A program made the position numbers and the translations under genes. DNA of 64,000 bases from Escherichia coli (lineage in GTDB: Bacteria; Pseudomonadota; Gammaproteobacteria; Enterobacterales; Enterobacteriaceae): the NCBI RefSeq assembly GCF_030013595.1, contig NZ_CP122768.1. The stretch is one strand, 5' to 3'. Numbering within the stretch: the stretch's first letter is position 1; each line of letters begins with the position of its first letter. Positions 32,196 through 40,337 of this stretch are shown piece by piece. The notes beneath the pieces were generated by a model that ran no database searches, was not told the DNA's origin, and saw only the letters and a list, made by a program, of their open reading frames with translations.

Positions 32196-32453
32196 TGAAT
32201 TTCCAGGTTTTGCTTAATACGTGATTAATCTCAACGTTTTTTATAGATGTTAACAACATCGGAATGATGCATCACCGGCCCTGTCAGGAAATACAACATC
32301 TCCACCGATAATGCACCATTACGCTGTTGTAAAAAGACAGCACTGGGCTGTAACCGATATCACGTATTACAGAACAGGATGTGGATAAAGATTCAGGAAA
32401 ACATCCCACATATAATATGTCAGTGCCCAAAACAACCTGGTATCGTCTACTGC

Positions 32454-32528
<75 letters not shown>

Positions 32529-32531
32529 ATA

Positions 32532-32607
<76 letters not shown>

Positions 32608-32609
32608 AC

Positions 32610-32686
32610 TGGACCGCCACCGGGGACTCGAACCTCGCACACTCAACTTAAAGGGTTGACGCTCTTTCCCGATGAGCTAGTGGCGG
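32610..32686 (-). tRNA. tRNA with nominal anticodon UUU (Lys) but atypical anticodon loop (C at position 33)
   Basis: Acceptor ccgccac/gtggcgg, GGTTCGAGTCC T-loop, anticodon arm tcaac-CCTTTAA-gttga; one mismatch in the T-stem. Confidence 0.45.
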
Positions 32687-32687
32687 T

Positions 32688-32763
32688 TGGTGGCCCTTGC
32701 TGGATTTGAACCAGCGACCTGGCGATTATGAGTCGCTCGCTCTCACCACTGAGCTAAAGGGCC
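32688..32763 (-). tRNA. tRNA-Ile2 (anticodon CAU, ileX/ileZ-like)
   Basis: Sequence closely resembles E. coli minor tRNA-Ile (GGCCC.TTAGCTCAGTGGT.AGAGC…GACTCATAATCGC…GGTTCAA.TCC…GGGCCACCA). Confidence 0.7.
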
Positions 32764-32973
32764 GGGCGCAGGATAATAACGTTACAAAATCAATGTTGCA
32801 AGCATTCAAAAATCACCTGGTTAAAAATCACCCTTACTTCCTCCACCAGCGCATTCACCATGTCTATCCGAGATAAGTGGCACAAAAAAAACCACATTTG
32901 GGCGGGTTTTGTTTGCTTTTGCCATCACGTACAAAATCGGCAAAATATCAGATTTGCATAAAATATATGCCTT

Positions 32974-33669
32974 TCAATCTACTTTTGCAACACTTTGCTT
33001 TGAAAATGCCGCCTTTTGTTTTGAACGCGTTCTCATTACAAACAATAAAGCCCCACTATCCAGTCGGTAAAAAATGTGTTTCATTGCAACCCAGTGACGA
33101 GTAAATGTTTTGGACCAGTTTTTAGTTGTCACTCCCGCCAGTAATGCCAGCTCCTGGTATTCATAACCTTCCCCACCAAAAAGTTCTGCTTTTACTGCCT
33201 GCGCCGCCAGCCAGATTAATTTTTTCAGGCGTTCCTGCGTTTTCCCTGCAATTTTTCTGGTACCGGATTGAGTATTAAATTCGTTCCACGCCCACTGTGT
33301 TATCGCGATCTGATGCTCCCAGCAAATGTTTCCGCCGTAACACCACAACAACCAGGCTTTATGATGCTCTTCAAGAGACAGCACAGCCCGCCGCCATGAT
33401 GATGTCGAAAACTCAACCGGGCTGACCAGGGCAATTGATGAGCCTTTCGCCAGTGATTGTTTTCCCGGGATTGGTGGATTATCCCGCGTTATCATTTTTC
33501 CAGTCACTTCATCGCGGTACCGGATTTTTTTACGCCTGTAACGCCCTGTATCAAACATGGCATTCTCCTGCCAGGCTTCAAGCTGACCTTTTGTTGCCCC
33601 ACTCAAATCAGCGGTGGCGATAATGAGCTGCTCGCGCACAAACTGTAAATACTGGTTATTCATGCGCAC
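32974..33669 (-). CDS. putative late-gene antiterminator (Q-like)
   Basis: 231-aa ORF immediately upstream of the tRNA/lysis block and downstream of rusA. Confidence 0.5.
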   Translation of the reverse strand: MRMNNQYLQFVREQLIIATADLSGATKGQLEAWQENAMFDTGRYRRKKIRYRDEVTGKMITRDNPPIPGKQSLAKGSSIALVSPVEFSTSSWRRAVLSLEEHHKAWLLWCYGGNICWEHQIAITQWAWNEFNTQSGTRKIAGKTQERLKKLIWLAAQAVKAELFGGEGYEYQELALLAGVTTKNWSKTFTRHWVAMKHIFYRLDSGALLFVMRTRSKQKAAFSKQSVAKVD

Positions 33670-34025
33670 TCCAATTCTGTGATTTTTATCCCCAGCCGCC
33701 CACCAGGAACGAGCTGACCGCGCACAATATTGATTTCATCAAGCTGCTCGTCGTCTATGAGTAGTCCGGCATGCGTCAGCGCATCCAGTGGTGCTTTCAG
33801 GATATTGTCCAGGTCACGACGACGTTTATCCGGTGGCTCTGCAATCACCTTTATCGCCAGCCTTCCGGACAGGTTTAATTTCAGTCGCTGCTGGCGAACA
33901 ATTAGCGCCACATCCCGGCGATAACGCTCGCCGGCTTTTGATACAAAATATGTGCTGCCACGACGTCGCCAGTAGGTGTTCACCGTCGGCGGGTAAGGCA
34001 AAACAAATTCTATGCGTTCAGTCAT
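33660..34025 (-). CDS. rusA: Holliday junction resolvase RusA
   Basis: 121-aa ORF with RusA motifs (PPTVNTYW…, DLDNILKAPLDALT, GRL.I.I.E). Confidence 0.85.
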   Translation of the reverse strand: MTERIEFVLPYPPTVNTYWRRRGSTYFVSKAGERYRRDVALIVRQQRLKLNLSGRLAIKVIAEPPDKRRRDLDNILKAPLDALTHAGLLIDDEQLDEINIVRGQLVPGGRLGIKITELECA

Positions 34026-34026
34026 T

Positions 34027-35085
34027 TCATGCTTTCCACTTCAGGACACCCGAATTTTTCGCGTGCATTAAAAAACGAATCAGCAACAACAGCTGGCTGC
34101 CGTGTTTTTCTTCAAAATCTTTTACCCCAGCATGCAGTTCGTTATGGCATTTGCGGCACAGCGGAATAACAAACAAATCGTCAGCCTTTGTTCCCATCCC
34201 TCCCAGCCCATGACCAATGATGTGGTGCGGATCATCTGCCTGATTGCCACACGTCACGCATTTCTGCGTTTTTACCCAGCGCGTGTATACGGGCATCTCT
34301 TCCCGTTGTGGTTTCTGGCGCTGGAGATACTGAGCCGGAGACTCCGGATCAACGGCAATGCTGACCACCGTCTTTTCCTGTGGCAGGCTCTGTTGCTGGT
34401 GGACGTGAGGCGGTAGCACAATATTTTTTGTGCGCTGCTTCAGTATGCTGGTGGCTGTCTGCTCTCCAGGTACGATGTCGCTGTCGCGGTACACTGAGAG
34501 GATTTTTTCCGTACGTAATCCCAACGAACGACGTAATACTGCCTCCGGTAGCGCGTCCGCCACCTGATTGCAGACCGCCCACCAGGATAACTCAGCCAGC
34601 GATAATTCCCGCTCCTGCGCACCGCTTATTGCGTGACGGATGACGTCAATCATCCATGCTGTCAGGTTTTGTTGAGCAAGTTGCTCAAGTGATTCTGAGG
34701 TCTGGTCACGCAGCTGGTTGTCGCAGTGCCAGCACAACACCATCGCGCCGGTGCCGTAACGATGTATGACGGTTTCGCTGTGGTGATAGTCACCATGAGG
34801 CCACTGGCAGGATTTAACATGACGCAGGAGCCAGTCAGACAGTGCACCAGCGCCGCCGGCAGCACGAATCACCCGTTCGTCGCTGAAAAATGGCAGTAAT
34901 GATTTATCTTCCGCCAGCGGCTGGCGAACGGCAGGAACAACTCCGGACGGCAGACCACGCATGCTTTTCGGTTCCGGCTCCACCAGCACTCGAGGGTTAT
35001 GAAATACCTGCATGGATTCACGGCCCGGCTTTAGCACCACCAGCCCAAGTTCCGGTACCGGAACAGGTCGAAGCAATACCCGCAC
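34027..35085 (-). CDS. DUF968-family phage protein (YdfU-like) with C-terminal HNH-like Cys/His cluster
   Basis: 352-aa ORF (start may be the internal MQVFHN); C-terminus CVTCGN…HHIIGHG…CRKCHNELH. Confidence 0.6.
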   Translation of the reverse strand: MRVLLRPVPVPELGLVVLKPGRESMQVFHNPRVLVEPEPKSMRGLPSGVVPAVRQPLAEDKSLLPFFSDERVIRAAGGAGALSDWLLRHVKSCQWPHGDYHHSETVIHRYGTGAMVLCWHCDNQLRDQTSESLEQLAQQNLTAWMIDVIRHAISGAQERELSLAELSWWAVCNQVADALPEAVLRRSLGLRTEKILSVYRDSDIVPGEQTATSILKQRTKNIVLPPHVHQQQSLPQEKTVVSIAVDPESPAQYLQRQKPQREEMPVYTRWVKTQKCVTCGNQADDPHHIIGHGLGGMGTKADDLFVIPLCRKCHNELHAGVKDFEEKHGSQLLLLIRFLMHAKNSGVLKWKA

Positions 35086-35086
35086 G

Positions 35087-35365
35087 TTACCTCCAGATGC
35101 GTTGCTGGAATGTGCGGGACGGACGCGGTGGGCGTTCGGAATAAGGGAGTCTGACGTAGATTATCCAGTGACGATAATCGAGGCTGAGGGCTTTCCTAAA
35201 CTCATACCCACGTCTGCGGTAGTTCTGAATCAGCCATTCGGCCTGTTCTTCAGTGCAGGGGTCATGCTGATGCCAGTCATATTTGAATGTGTGAGAACAC
35301 CGCCCGTGCCTGCTGGCAAGGTCGGTTGAATCATCAGAATTGTGATGTTGGGTATAGCGTGCCAT
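35087..35365 (-). CDS. hypothetical protein
   Basis: 92-aa ORF in the nin-like region. Confidence 0.4.
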   Translation of the reverse strand: MARYTQHHNSDDSTDLASRHGRCSHTFKYDWHQHDPCTEEQAEWLIQNYRRRGYEFRKALSLDYRHWIIYVRLPYSERPPRPSRTFQQRIWR

Positions 35366-35431
35366 CGGTTTTCTCCGGTGGCACGGTGTTACTCAGCAGG
35401 AGTTCAATCCTGTTCTGGATTGTAGATGAGT

Positions 35432-35692
35432 TTATTCTTCTGCAAAAGCAGAAAATCCAGCCTTAAGACCAATCTCTTTCAGAACCTGTAATGATGTTAC
35501 AAATTCATCTTCACGCAAAATAAAACCGTCCGTCATAAGCTCATCAACAAAATAAATTAACACAGCTCCGCTCTTCCTTTGTTGAGATTGCAAACATTTA
35601 ATTCGGCAGTGACTGGCTATAACTCCATTCTCAACGCGTACAGCATAGAGGCCATTTTCACTAAAAATTTCACAAAATTCTTCGATTTTCAT
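35432..35692 (-). CDS. hypothetical protein
   Basis: 86-aa ORF; no recognisable motif. Confidence 0.35.
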   Translation of the reverse strand: MKIEEFCEIFSENGLYAVRVENGVIASHCRIKCLQSQQRKSGAVLIYFVDELMTDGFILREDEFVTSLQVLKEIGLKAGFSAFAEE

Positions 35693-35834
35693 CTTCAGAA
35701 TCCTTCCAGATAAATAGCTCTCCCCTTCTCAGGGTCCATCCCTCTTGTCCCTGCGCGCTACTCAAAACAGGAGGATTCTAATTAATCTTTATTTCTAAGC
35801 AACGCAAAAAACAAACCAAAAAAAAGACAAAACC

Positions 35835-35933
35835 ACAAACAATACAAACAATACAAACAATACAAACAATACAAACAATACAAACAATACAAACAATACA
35901 AACAATACAAACAATACAAACAATACAAACAAT
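35835..35933. repeat. tandem repeat, 11 perfect copies of the 9-mer acaaacaat
   Basis: Read directly from the sequence; intergenic, about 170 bp from the hok 3' end. Confidence 0.95.
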
Positions 35934-36015
35934 ACAGGCGCATCGATAATTAATTAACTTATCGGGTTACAAGGTAATATAACTTCAGTTAAAATTATTA
36001 ATCTCTTATTCGTGA

Positions 36016-36044
36016 AAAACAAAACCCGCCGAAGCGGGTTAAGT
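36016..36044 (-). terminator. intrinsic terminator of the hok transcript (aacccgcttcggcgggtttt on the minus strand)
   Basis: GC hairpin with tetraloop and T-run downstream of the hok stop. Confidence 0.6.
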
Positions 36045-36108
36045 GCGGGTGCTTTGAGGATGCCTGACACATCAGAGGTGGCGAGGGATTTCTCCCTCGC
36101 CTGGTCTC

Positions 36109-36264
36109 TTACTCCTCAGGTTCGTAAGCTGTGAAGACAGCGACCTCCGTCTGGCCGGTTCGGATTCGTACCTCGCAGAGGTCTTTCCTCGTTACCAGTG
36201 CCGTCACTATGACGGTTAAACAGATGACGATCAGGGCGATTAACATCGCCTTTTGCTGCTTCAT
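36109..36264 (-). CDS. hok: Hok/Gef-family type I toxin (51 aa), absent from the ORF track
   Basis: Hand translation: MKQQKAMLIALIVICLTVIVTALVTRKDLCEVRIRTGQTEVAVFTAYEPEE; SD aggag upstream; overlapping short mok-like frame; hallmark Hok TM domain and conserved Cys. Confidence 0.85.
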   Translation of the reverse strand: MKQQKAMLIALIVICLTVIVTALVTRKDLCEVRIRTGQTEVAVFTAYEPEE

Positions 36265-36554
36265 AGCCTGCTTCTCCTTGACCTTTCGGTCCGTAAGAGG
36301 CTAATCTCTATGTGTCGCATAGATATGGCCTCAGATTAATGTTAAGCGTCTTGCAGGACGCGTAATGTTAACTGGGGCTTTTCTCTATCTGCCTTTTGGT
36401 GTTCATGCCTGAGGCAGATAGCCTCAAGCACCCGCAGCAATTCTACTTAACTCTCCTTTTCCCGCAAACCGTTTTTATCCCCATCGGCAAATCGAATACA
36501 CCACCAACGCCACCGCCATCGCAATTCCTACTGTAGTGAATGCCTCAGGCCAGG

Positions 36555-36950
36555 TCATCGATTCACCTCCTGCTCAATATTTTTAAGGTCATTTTCCGCA
36601 TACAGTATTGCTGTCCTGGCTGCTCGTAACCGGGCTTTGGCGTTTTTCTCTTCACGTTCAAGTTTTGCCACAGCTTCACGAAGAGCATCCCGCTTTGCAT
36701 AGAGTGATTTTATCTCAGACACTATGTTTTCACCGTTTCTCGCACGCTCGAGAACAAGCTCGAACGGATCTAAAGCCAATCCGCATCGGTTACAGGTAAT
36801 CGTACGATTCACTTCTGAAATTGTTGTACGGATATGCTGACAGCATTTTTGCTCGCCGCTTTTTCTGTCGGTTATCACAACGTTGAGGAGTCCTTCCTCC
36901 TCTGATTTTGGCTGTACCAGGGTGATAACATTGTCGACTTCATTTTTCAT
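36555..36950 (-). CDS. hypothetical protein with Cys cluster and C-terminal coiled coil
   Basis: 131-aa ORF; CCQH…CNRCG motif. Confidence 0.4.
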   Translation of the reverse strand: MKNEVDNVITLVQPKSEEEGLLNVVITDRKSGEQKCCQHIRTTISEVNRTITCNRCGLALDPFELVLERARNGENIVSEIKSLYAKRDALREAVAKLEREEKNAKARLRAARTAILYAENDLKNIEQEVNR

Positions 36951-37483
36951 CAGTTCACCTCCTGCGGTGGTTCTGGTAGCGGCATCCAGTGAGTTGCCTG
37001 CTCAATATCATTACCCGGCTTAATCGTTGCATCCCCTCTCCGGAATGTACTTCCGGTATAGCGTGCGGAGCATATTAGCGGTTCAACCAGAGAGCTATCG
37101 AAATTCACCGAAATGATCACGTTCTGATTCTTCTCAGGCATTCGCTCACTACAGCTTATCCAGTCATTTTTAATGCCACTATCCTGACTCTGAAGCATAG
37201 TGGCGCGGTGACACCAGATAATCCAGCCAAGCGCCATATCCCATGCCATGTATTCGCTATCGCCATTTTTTGCCCTGCGACGATCTACAGATTCCCCGAA
37301 ACGCTTCTCCATAAATAATTCATAGGCTGCCCGTTCATCCGATACTGCTTCCAGCGATGCCAGTGCGATACGAAACACATCAGCAAGTAGGCTGTTTGAA
37401 GATTGGTTATCGTGCGCCGGATCGCTCAGGAAACCAGTGATGAATGATTTAATCTCCGCGTTTTCTCTGGTAATAGTGGTCAT
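36950..37483 (-). CDS. DUF551-domain phage protein
   Basis: Track ORF trimmed to MTTITREN; C-terminal HWMPLPEPP typical of DUF551. Confidence 0.55.
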   Translation of the reverse strand: MTTITRENAEIKSFITGFLSDPAHDNQSSNSLLADVFRIALASLEAVSDERAAYELFMEKRFGESVDRRRAKNGDSEYMAWDMALGWIIWCHRATMLQSQDSGIKNDWISCSERMPEKNQNVIISVNFDSSLVEPLICSARYTGSTFRRGDATIKPGNDIEQATHWMPLPEPPQEVN

Positions 37484-37484
37484 A

Positions 37485-37703
37485 TCAGTTCTCCTTATAC
37501 GGATTAATTTTATTGTGCAGTGTGTTGAACGACGCCCATACCACGTCGTTATACAATTCAATAACGGGCTCAATTACTTTTCCGATTATCCAGGCCAGTA
37601 ATAGCGGGAATATCGGTATCATCAATACGATAAACAGAATGAGAAACAGAAATTCTGTCGCTCTACTTTTTCGCGGATATTCTTTTCTGAATAATGTAGT
37701 CAT
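37485..37703 (-). CDS. small membrane protein
   Basis: 72-aa ORF with one hydrophobic helix. Confidence 0.35.
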   Translation of the reverse strand: MTTLFRKEYPRKSRATEFLFLILFIVLMIPIFPLLLAWIIGKVIEPVIELYNDVVWASFNTLHNKINPYKEN

Positions 37704-37830
37704 TTCTTACCGCCCTTTCGGGCGGCCTCCGGATGATTTGAGGGTGCAGGAATCCCTCCGGTTAAGGATTTAATAAAAACCACTTCTGATTTAAATTTTC
37801 AGTGTTTTGTTGTCAGGTGGTTTATCGCCT

Positions 37831-38412
37831 TTATGCTTCAGCCTTATTTCTCAGCCATACACAAACAGGGCCGTCTTCGGTGTCATGTATTGAACCAATA
37901 AACCAACCATCGCCCTCTGGTCGTTCCGGTTCCCATGCAGAAATATCAGCATCACACGCATCAAGGTCAGCACATCCTTCGTCTCTGAAGCAGAGGACGT
38001 ATTGAAGATTATTTTCCTCCATCCAGGCGTTAAACTCTTCCGTTGAAATATACTCCCGACCACCACAGAATTTTTCATATTCAGGATGCGTCCAGCAGCC
38101 ATATTCATCACGCATTACTGGTATTTCTTTAATTACGTTCATCAGTATCACTCCTAATGCTTTGTTAATTGCAGAATGGGCCATTTCGAATTCATCAGTT
38201 TTTCTGTCAGCAACACGAACCACCGCTTGCAGGGCTTCAAGTAATTCTGGTGCTGCCGCTAAAAGCTGAAAATTAGCTTTCTGCATCTGCCAGTCATTGT
38301 TGTATTTTGTCACCTTAGCAATTGCCTTATCGCGTTCACTATCCACTACCCAGCAATTAGCTGAACCGTGGAAACTTACATGCCATGGACCTGGTGTTCC
38401 TTTAAATTTCAT
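37831..38412 (-). CDS. Ead/Ea22-like early-region protein
   Basis: Track ORF trimmed to MKFKGTPGPW; GTPGPW motif common in lambdoid ead-region proteins. Confidence 0.45.
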   Translation of the reverse strand: MKFKGTPGPWHVSFHGSANCWVVDSERDKAIAKVTKYNNDWQMQKANFQLLAAAPELLEALQAVVRVADRKTDEFEMAHSAINKALGVILMNVIKEIPVMRDEYGCWTHPEYEKFCGGREYISTEEFNAWMEENNLQYVLCFRDEGCADLDACDADISAWEPERPEGDGWFIGSIHDTEDGPVCVWLRNKAEA

Positions 38413-38683
38413 GCCATGATTTTTTGTATTGCTCACTCGCTTCCTCCCACGTTTTAATGCTTTCACCACAGAACGGGCAAAATGAAACCCGAACTGGTAA
38501 TTTAGAAAATTCACCGGATCGCAACATCACCAAATCAGGGCCGCGAGTTAAACTCTCATTCCAGATTTTGTATATCAGCAGGCCTTTTCGCGTCGTGTAT
38601 TCAGCATCATGCTCAAGGGATTTTGTCAGTGCCGTACACGGTTCTATCTGATTGCCCTTAACCTGGCATTTTGATTCACTCAC
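38402..38683 (-). CDS. hypothetical protein
   Basis: 93-aa ORF with C-terminal CPFCG motif. Confidence 0.35.
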   Translation of the reverse strand: MSESKCQVKGNQIEPCTALTKSLEHDAEYTTRKGLLIYKIWNESLTRGPDLVMLRSGEFSKLPVRVSFCPFCGESIKTWEEASEQYKKSWHEI

Positions 38684-38957
38684 TGGTTGCTGTCTCCTGT
38701 CGGAACATCACGATCATCAGGCCATCTTTTGTTGCTACCCTGGCTGTTGTACCAGGCTCTATGCTGCTAAGGTCAAATGCATCACAGAACTCCTCTAACA
38801 CTTTCTGGCGTCTCTCCTGTTTGCGGCGCTTTTCCCACTGCTTCAGAAAAACAGAGGTCACCCACTTCCCCGCGCTGAACATGATGTAAAACCAACCAAG
38901 CAGAGCCAACCCCGTGTTGAGGGCTGTATCAATCGTTATTGTTGTGTCGATATTCAC
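38676..38957 (-). CDS. hypothetical membrane protein
   Basis: 93-aa ORF with N-terminal TM helix. Confidence 0.35.
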   Translation of the reverse strand: MNIDTTITIDTALNTGLALLGWFYIMFSAGKWVTSVFLKQWEKRRKQERRQKVLEEFCDAFDLSSIEPGTTARVATKDGLMIVMFRQETATSE

Positions 38958-39250
38958 TGTGTCTTCTCCTGGAAAATAACCGCATGCCCCAGTTTCTCCG
39001 CCAGTGCCAATTCTGCCTTAGCACCTGCTGACCGCTGCCAGCCTTTCAGCATGTAAATCGCATCCACACAACGAATCATTGCCATGCAAATATCCATGTA
39101 GTGTGGCTGTGTCAGCCCGTCTGGAAGTACTGCCGGGTTTAAGACTGTATGCCCTTCCCGTTTCAGTTCCTCTTCCGCCTTGTGGAACGCCTCACGGTTG
39201 AAATTTTTATACCCGGTCATCGGACCAGCGATATAAACCCTCACCCTCAC
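38954..39250 (-). CDS. DUF4406-like protein (nucleoside deoxyribosyltransferase-like fold)
   Basis: 98-aa ORF; VYIAGPM…G N-terminal motif. Confidence 0.45.
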   Translation of the reverse strand: MRVRVYIAGPMTGYKNFNREAFHKAEEELKREGHTVLNPAVLPDGLTQPHYMDICMAMIRCVDAIYMLKGWQRSAGAKAELALAEKLGHAVIFQEKTQ

Positions 39251-39642
39251 GCCATCACCTCCTGAAAATTACCCTGATAAAACGCCAGCACTCGCTGCAT
39301 AACCTCACTCTTCCGGCACTCGCGGCAGATTATGTTCTGGCTCCTGTCGTAGCGGCGTATCTCTCCGTCTGGTAACTTTCGAATCAGCGTCTGGTCAGTT
39401 GTTTTCTCCGGCGTCTTACGCCATTCGCGATACGTCTGCTCTGACGTAAAAACACCGTATTTACCGGACATGTATAAATCGCCACAAGCCAGTACATCCA
39501 CAAGGCAGCGTCGGACCGAATGCCAGCCTGCTCCCGTCGCTCTCTCCAGTTGCGACATCGTCATGCGTCCATTTTTGCGTACCAATCCGATAATTCGTGC
39601 CTTCAGCTCTTCCCGCTGTTCGGGTGTAAAAGGTTTCGCCAT
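39247..39642 (-). CDS. hypothetical protein
   Basis: 131-aa ORF upstream of the replication genes. Confidence 0.35.
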   Translation of the reverse strand: MAKPFTPEQREELKARIIGLVRKNGRMTMSQLERATGAGWHSVRRCLVDVLACGDLYMSGKYGVFTSEQTYREWRKTPEKTTDQTLIRKLPDGEIRRYDRSQNIICRECRKSEVMQRVLAFYQGNFQEVMA

Positions 39643-39671
39643 AAACCCTCCCGGTAAAATTACTTATCAAC

Positions 39672-40337
39672 TCAAACAAAACCTGCCGCTTTCCTGCGTT
39701 CATATTCCTGTTTCAGCAACTCAATTGGAGTTGGCCCCGACGGGCGTTCTGGTGCTGCCAGTTGCCTACGGACGGGTGGAACACTCAGTCCGTTACCAAC
39801 ATGCTTTGCCCATTTCGCTAGTTGCCGTTCTGCAAGCCGTTTTAACTCCCCTTCGGTCATCTGGCGCTCAATCCCCTTTGAACGCAGCTCGAGACAAATG
39901 TGATACAGCACAGGCTGAGACCACGGGTATTTATCGCTTCCGTCGTATCGCCAGGACTCGTTGCGCCAGCGTCGGTACTCCTCCATCACGTTATCCACCG
40001 TCAGACCAAATGGATTTGCCCCGCTCTCCGAAATCAGCGCCACAAACTCAGCCAGGTCCGGAGGCCATGTTTCACCCGCCCGGCAGCGGTCCATGCACTG
40101 GCGGCAGACCTGCCGGATTTGCTGCTCAGTCATCGCGCCAATCTGTGCAATCCAGAGCTTCGAAGGTGCGGCCCCGTTCTTCTGGGTCCAGCGGTTCGAA
40201 TAAACCTCCCCCATGAGTTCCCACAGCTTCCAGGCCGTTTCCGTCGCTGATAAATCCGTTTTCACGTTCCCACTGCTCACGTGCTGCCCGAATTTCCTGA
40301 ACTGCCCGTGATGCGGTGCCACCTGGTGCTGCTGCAT
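39672..40337 (-). CDS. replication protein P-like (helicase loader)
   Basis: Central and C-terminal region resembles lambda P (FVA…, YPWS…, RINRGE-like region); start uncertain because of overlap with the O ORF. Confidence 0.65.
   Translation of the reverse strand: MQQHQVAPHHGQFRKFGQHVSSGNVKTDLSATETAWKLWELMGEVYSNRWTQKNGAAPSKLWIAQIGAMTEQQIRQVCRQCMDRCRAGETWPPDLAEFVALISESGANPFGLTVDNVMEEYRRWRNESWRYDGSDKYPWSQPVLYHICLELRSKGIERQMTEGELKRLAERQLAKWAKHVGNGLSVPPVRRQLAAPERPSGPTPIELLKQEYERRKAAGFV

Noticed and set aside
32028-32453. Possible Shiga-toxin or other toxin cargo between the tRNA cluster and the holin, the position of stx in Stx phages
   Set aside because: Only ~425 bp of non-coding sequence with two terminator hairpins; no A/B-subunit-sized ORFs, and the overlapping track ORFs (31987-32259, 32284-32514) are antisense and low-complexity.
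35835-35933. Short tandem repeat array considered as a CRISPR array
   Set aside because: The unit is only 9 bp with no intervening unique spacers and no cas genes nearby; it is a simple tandem repeat.
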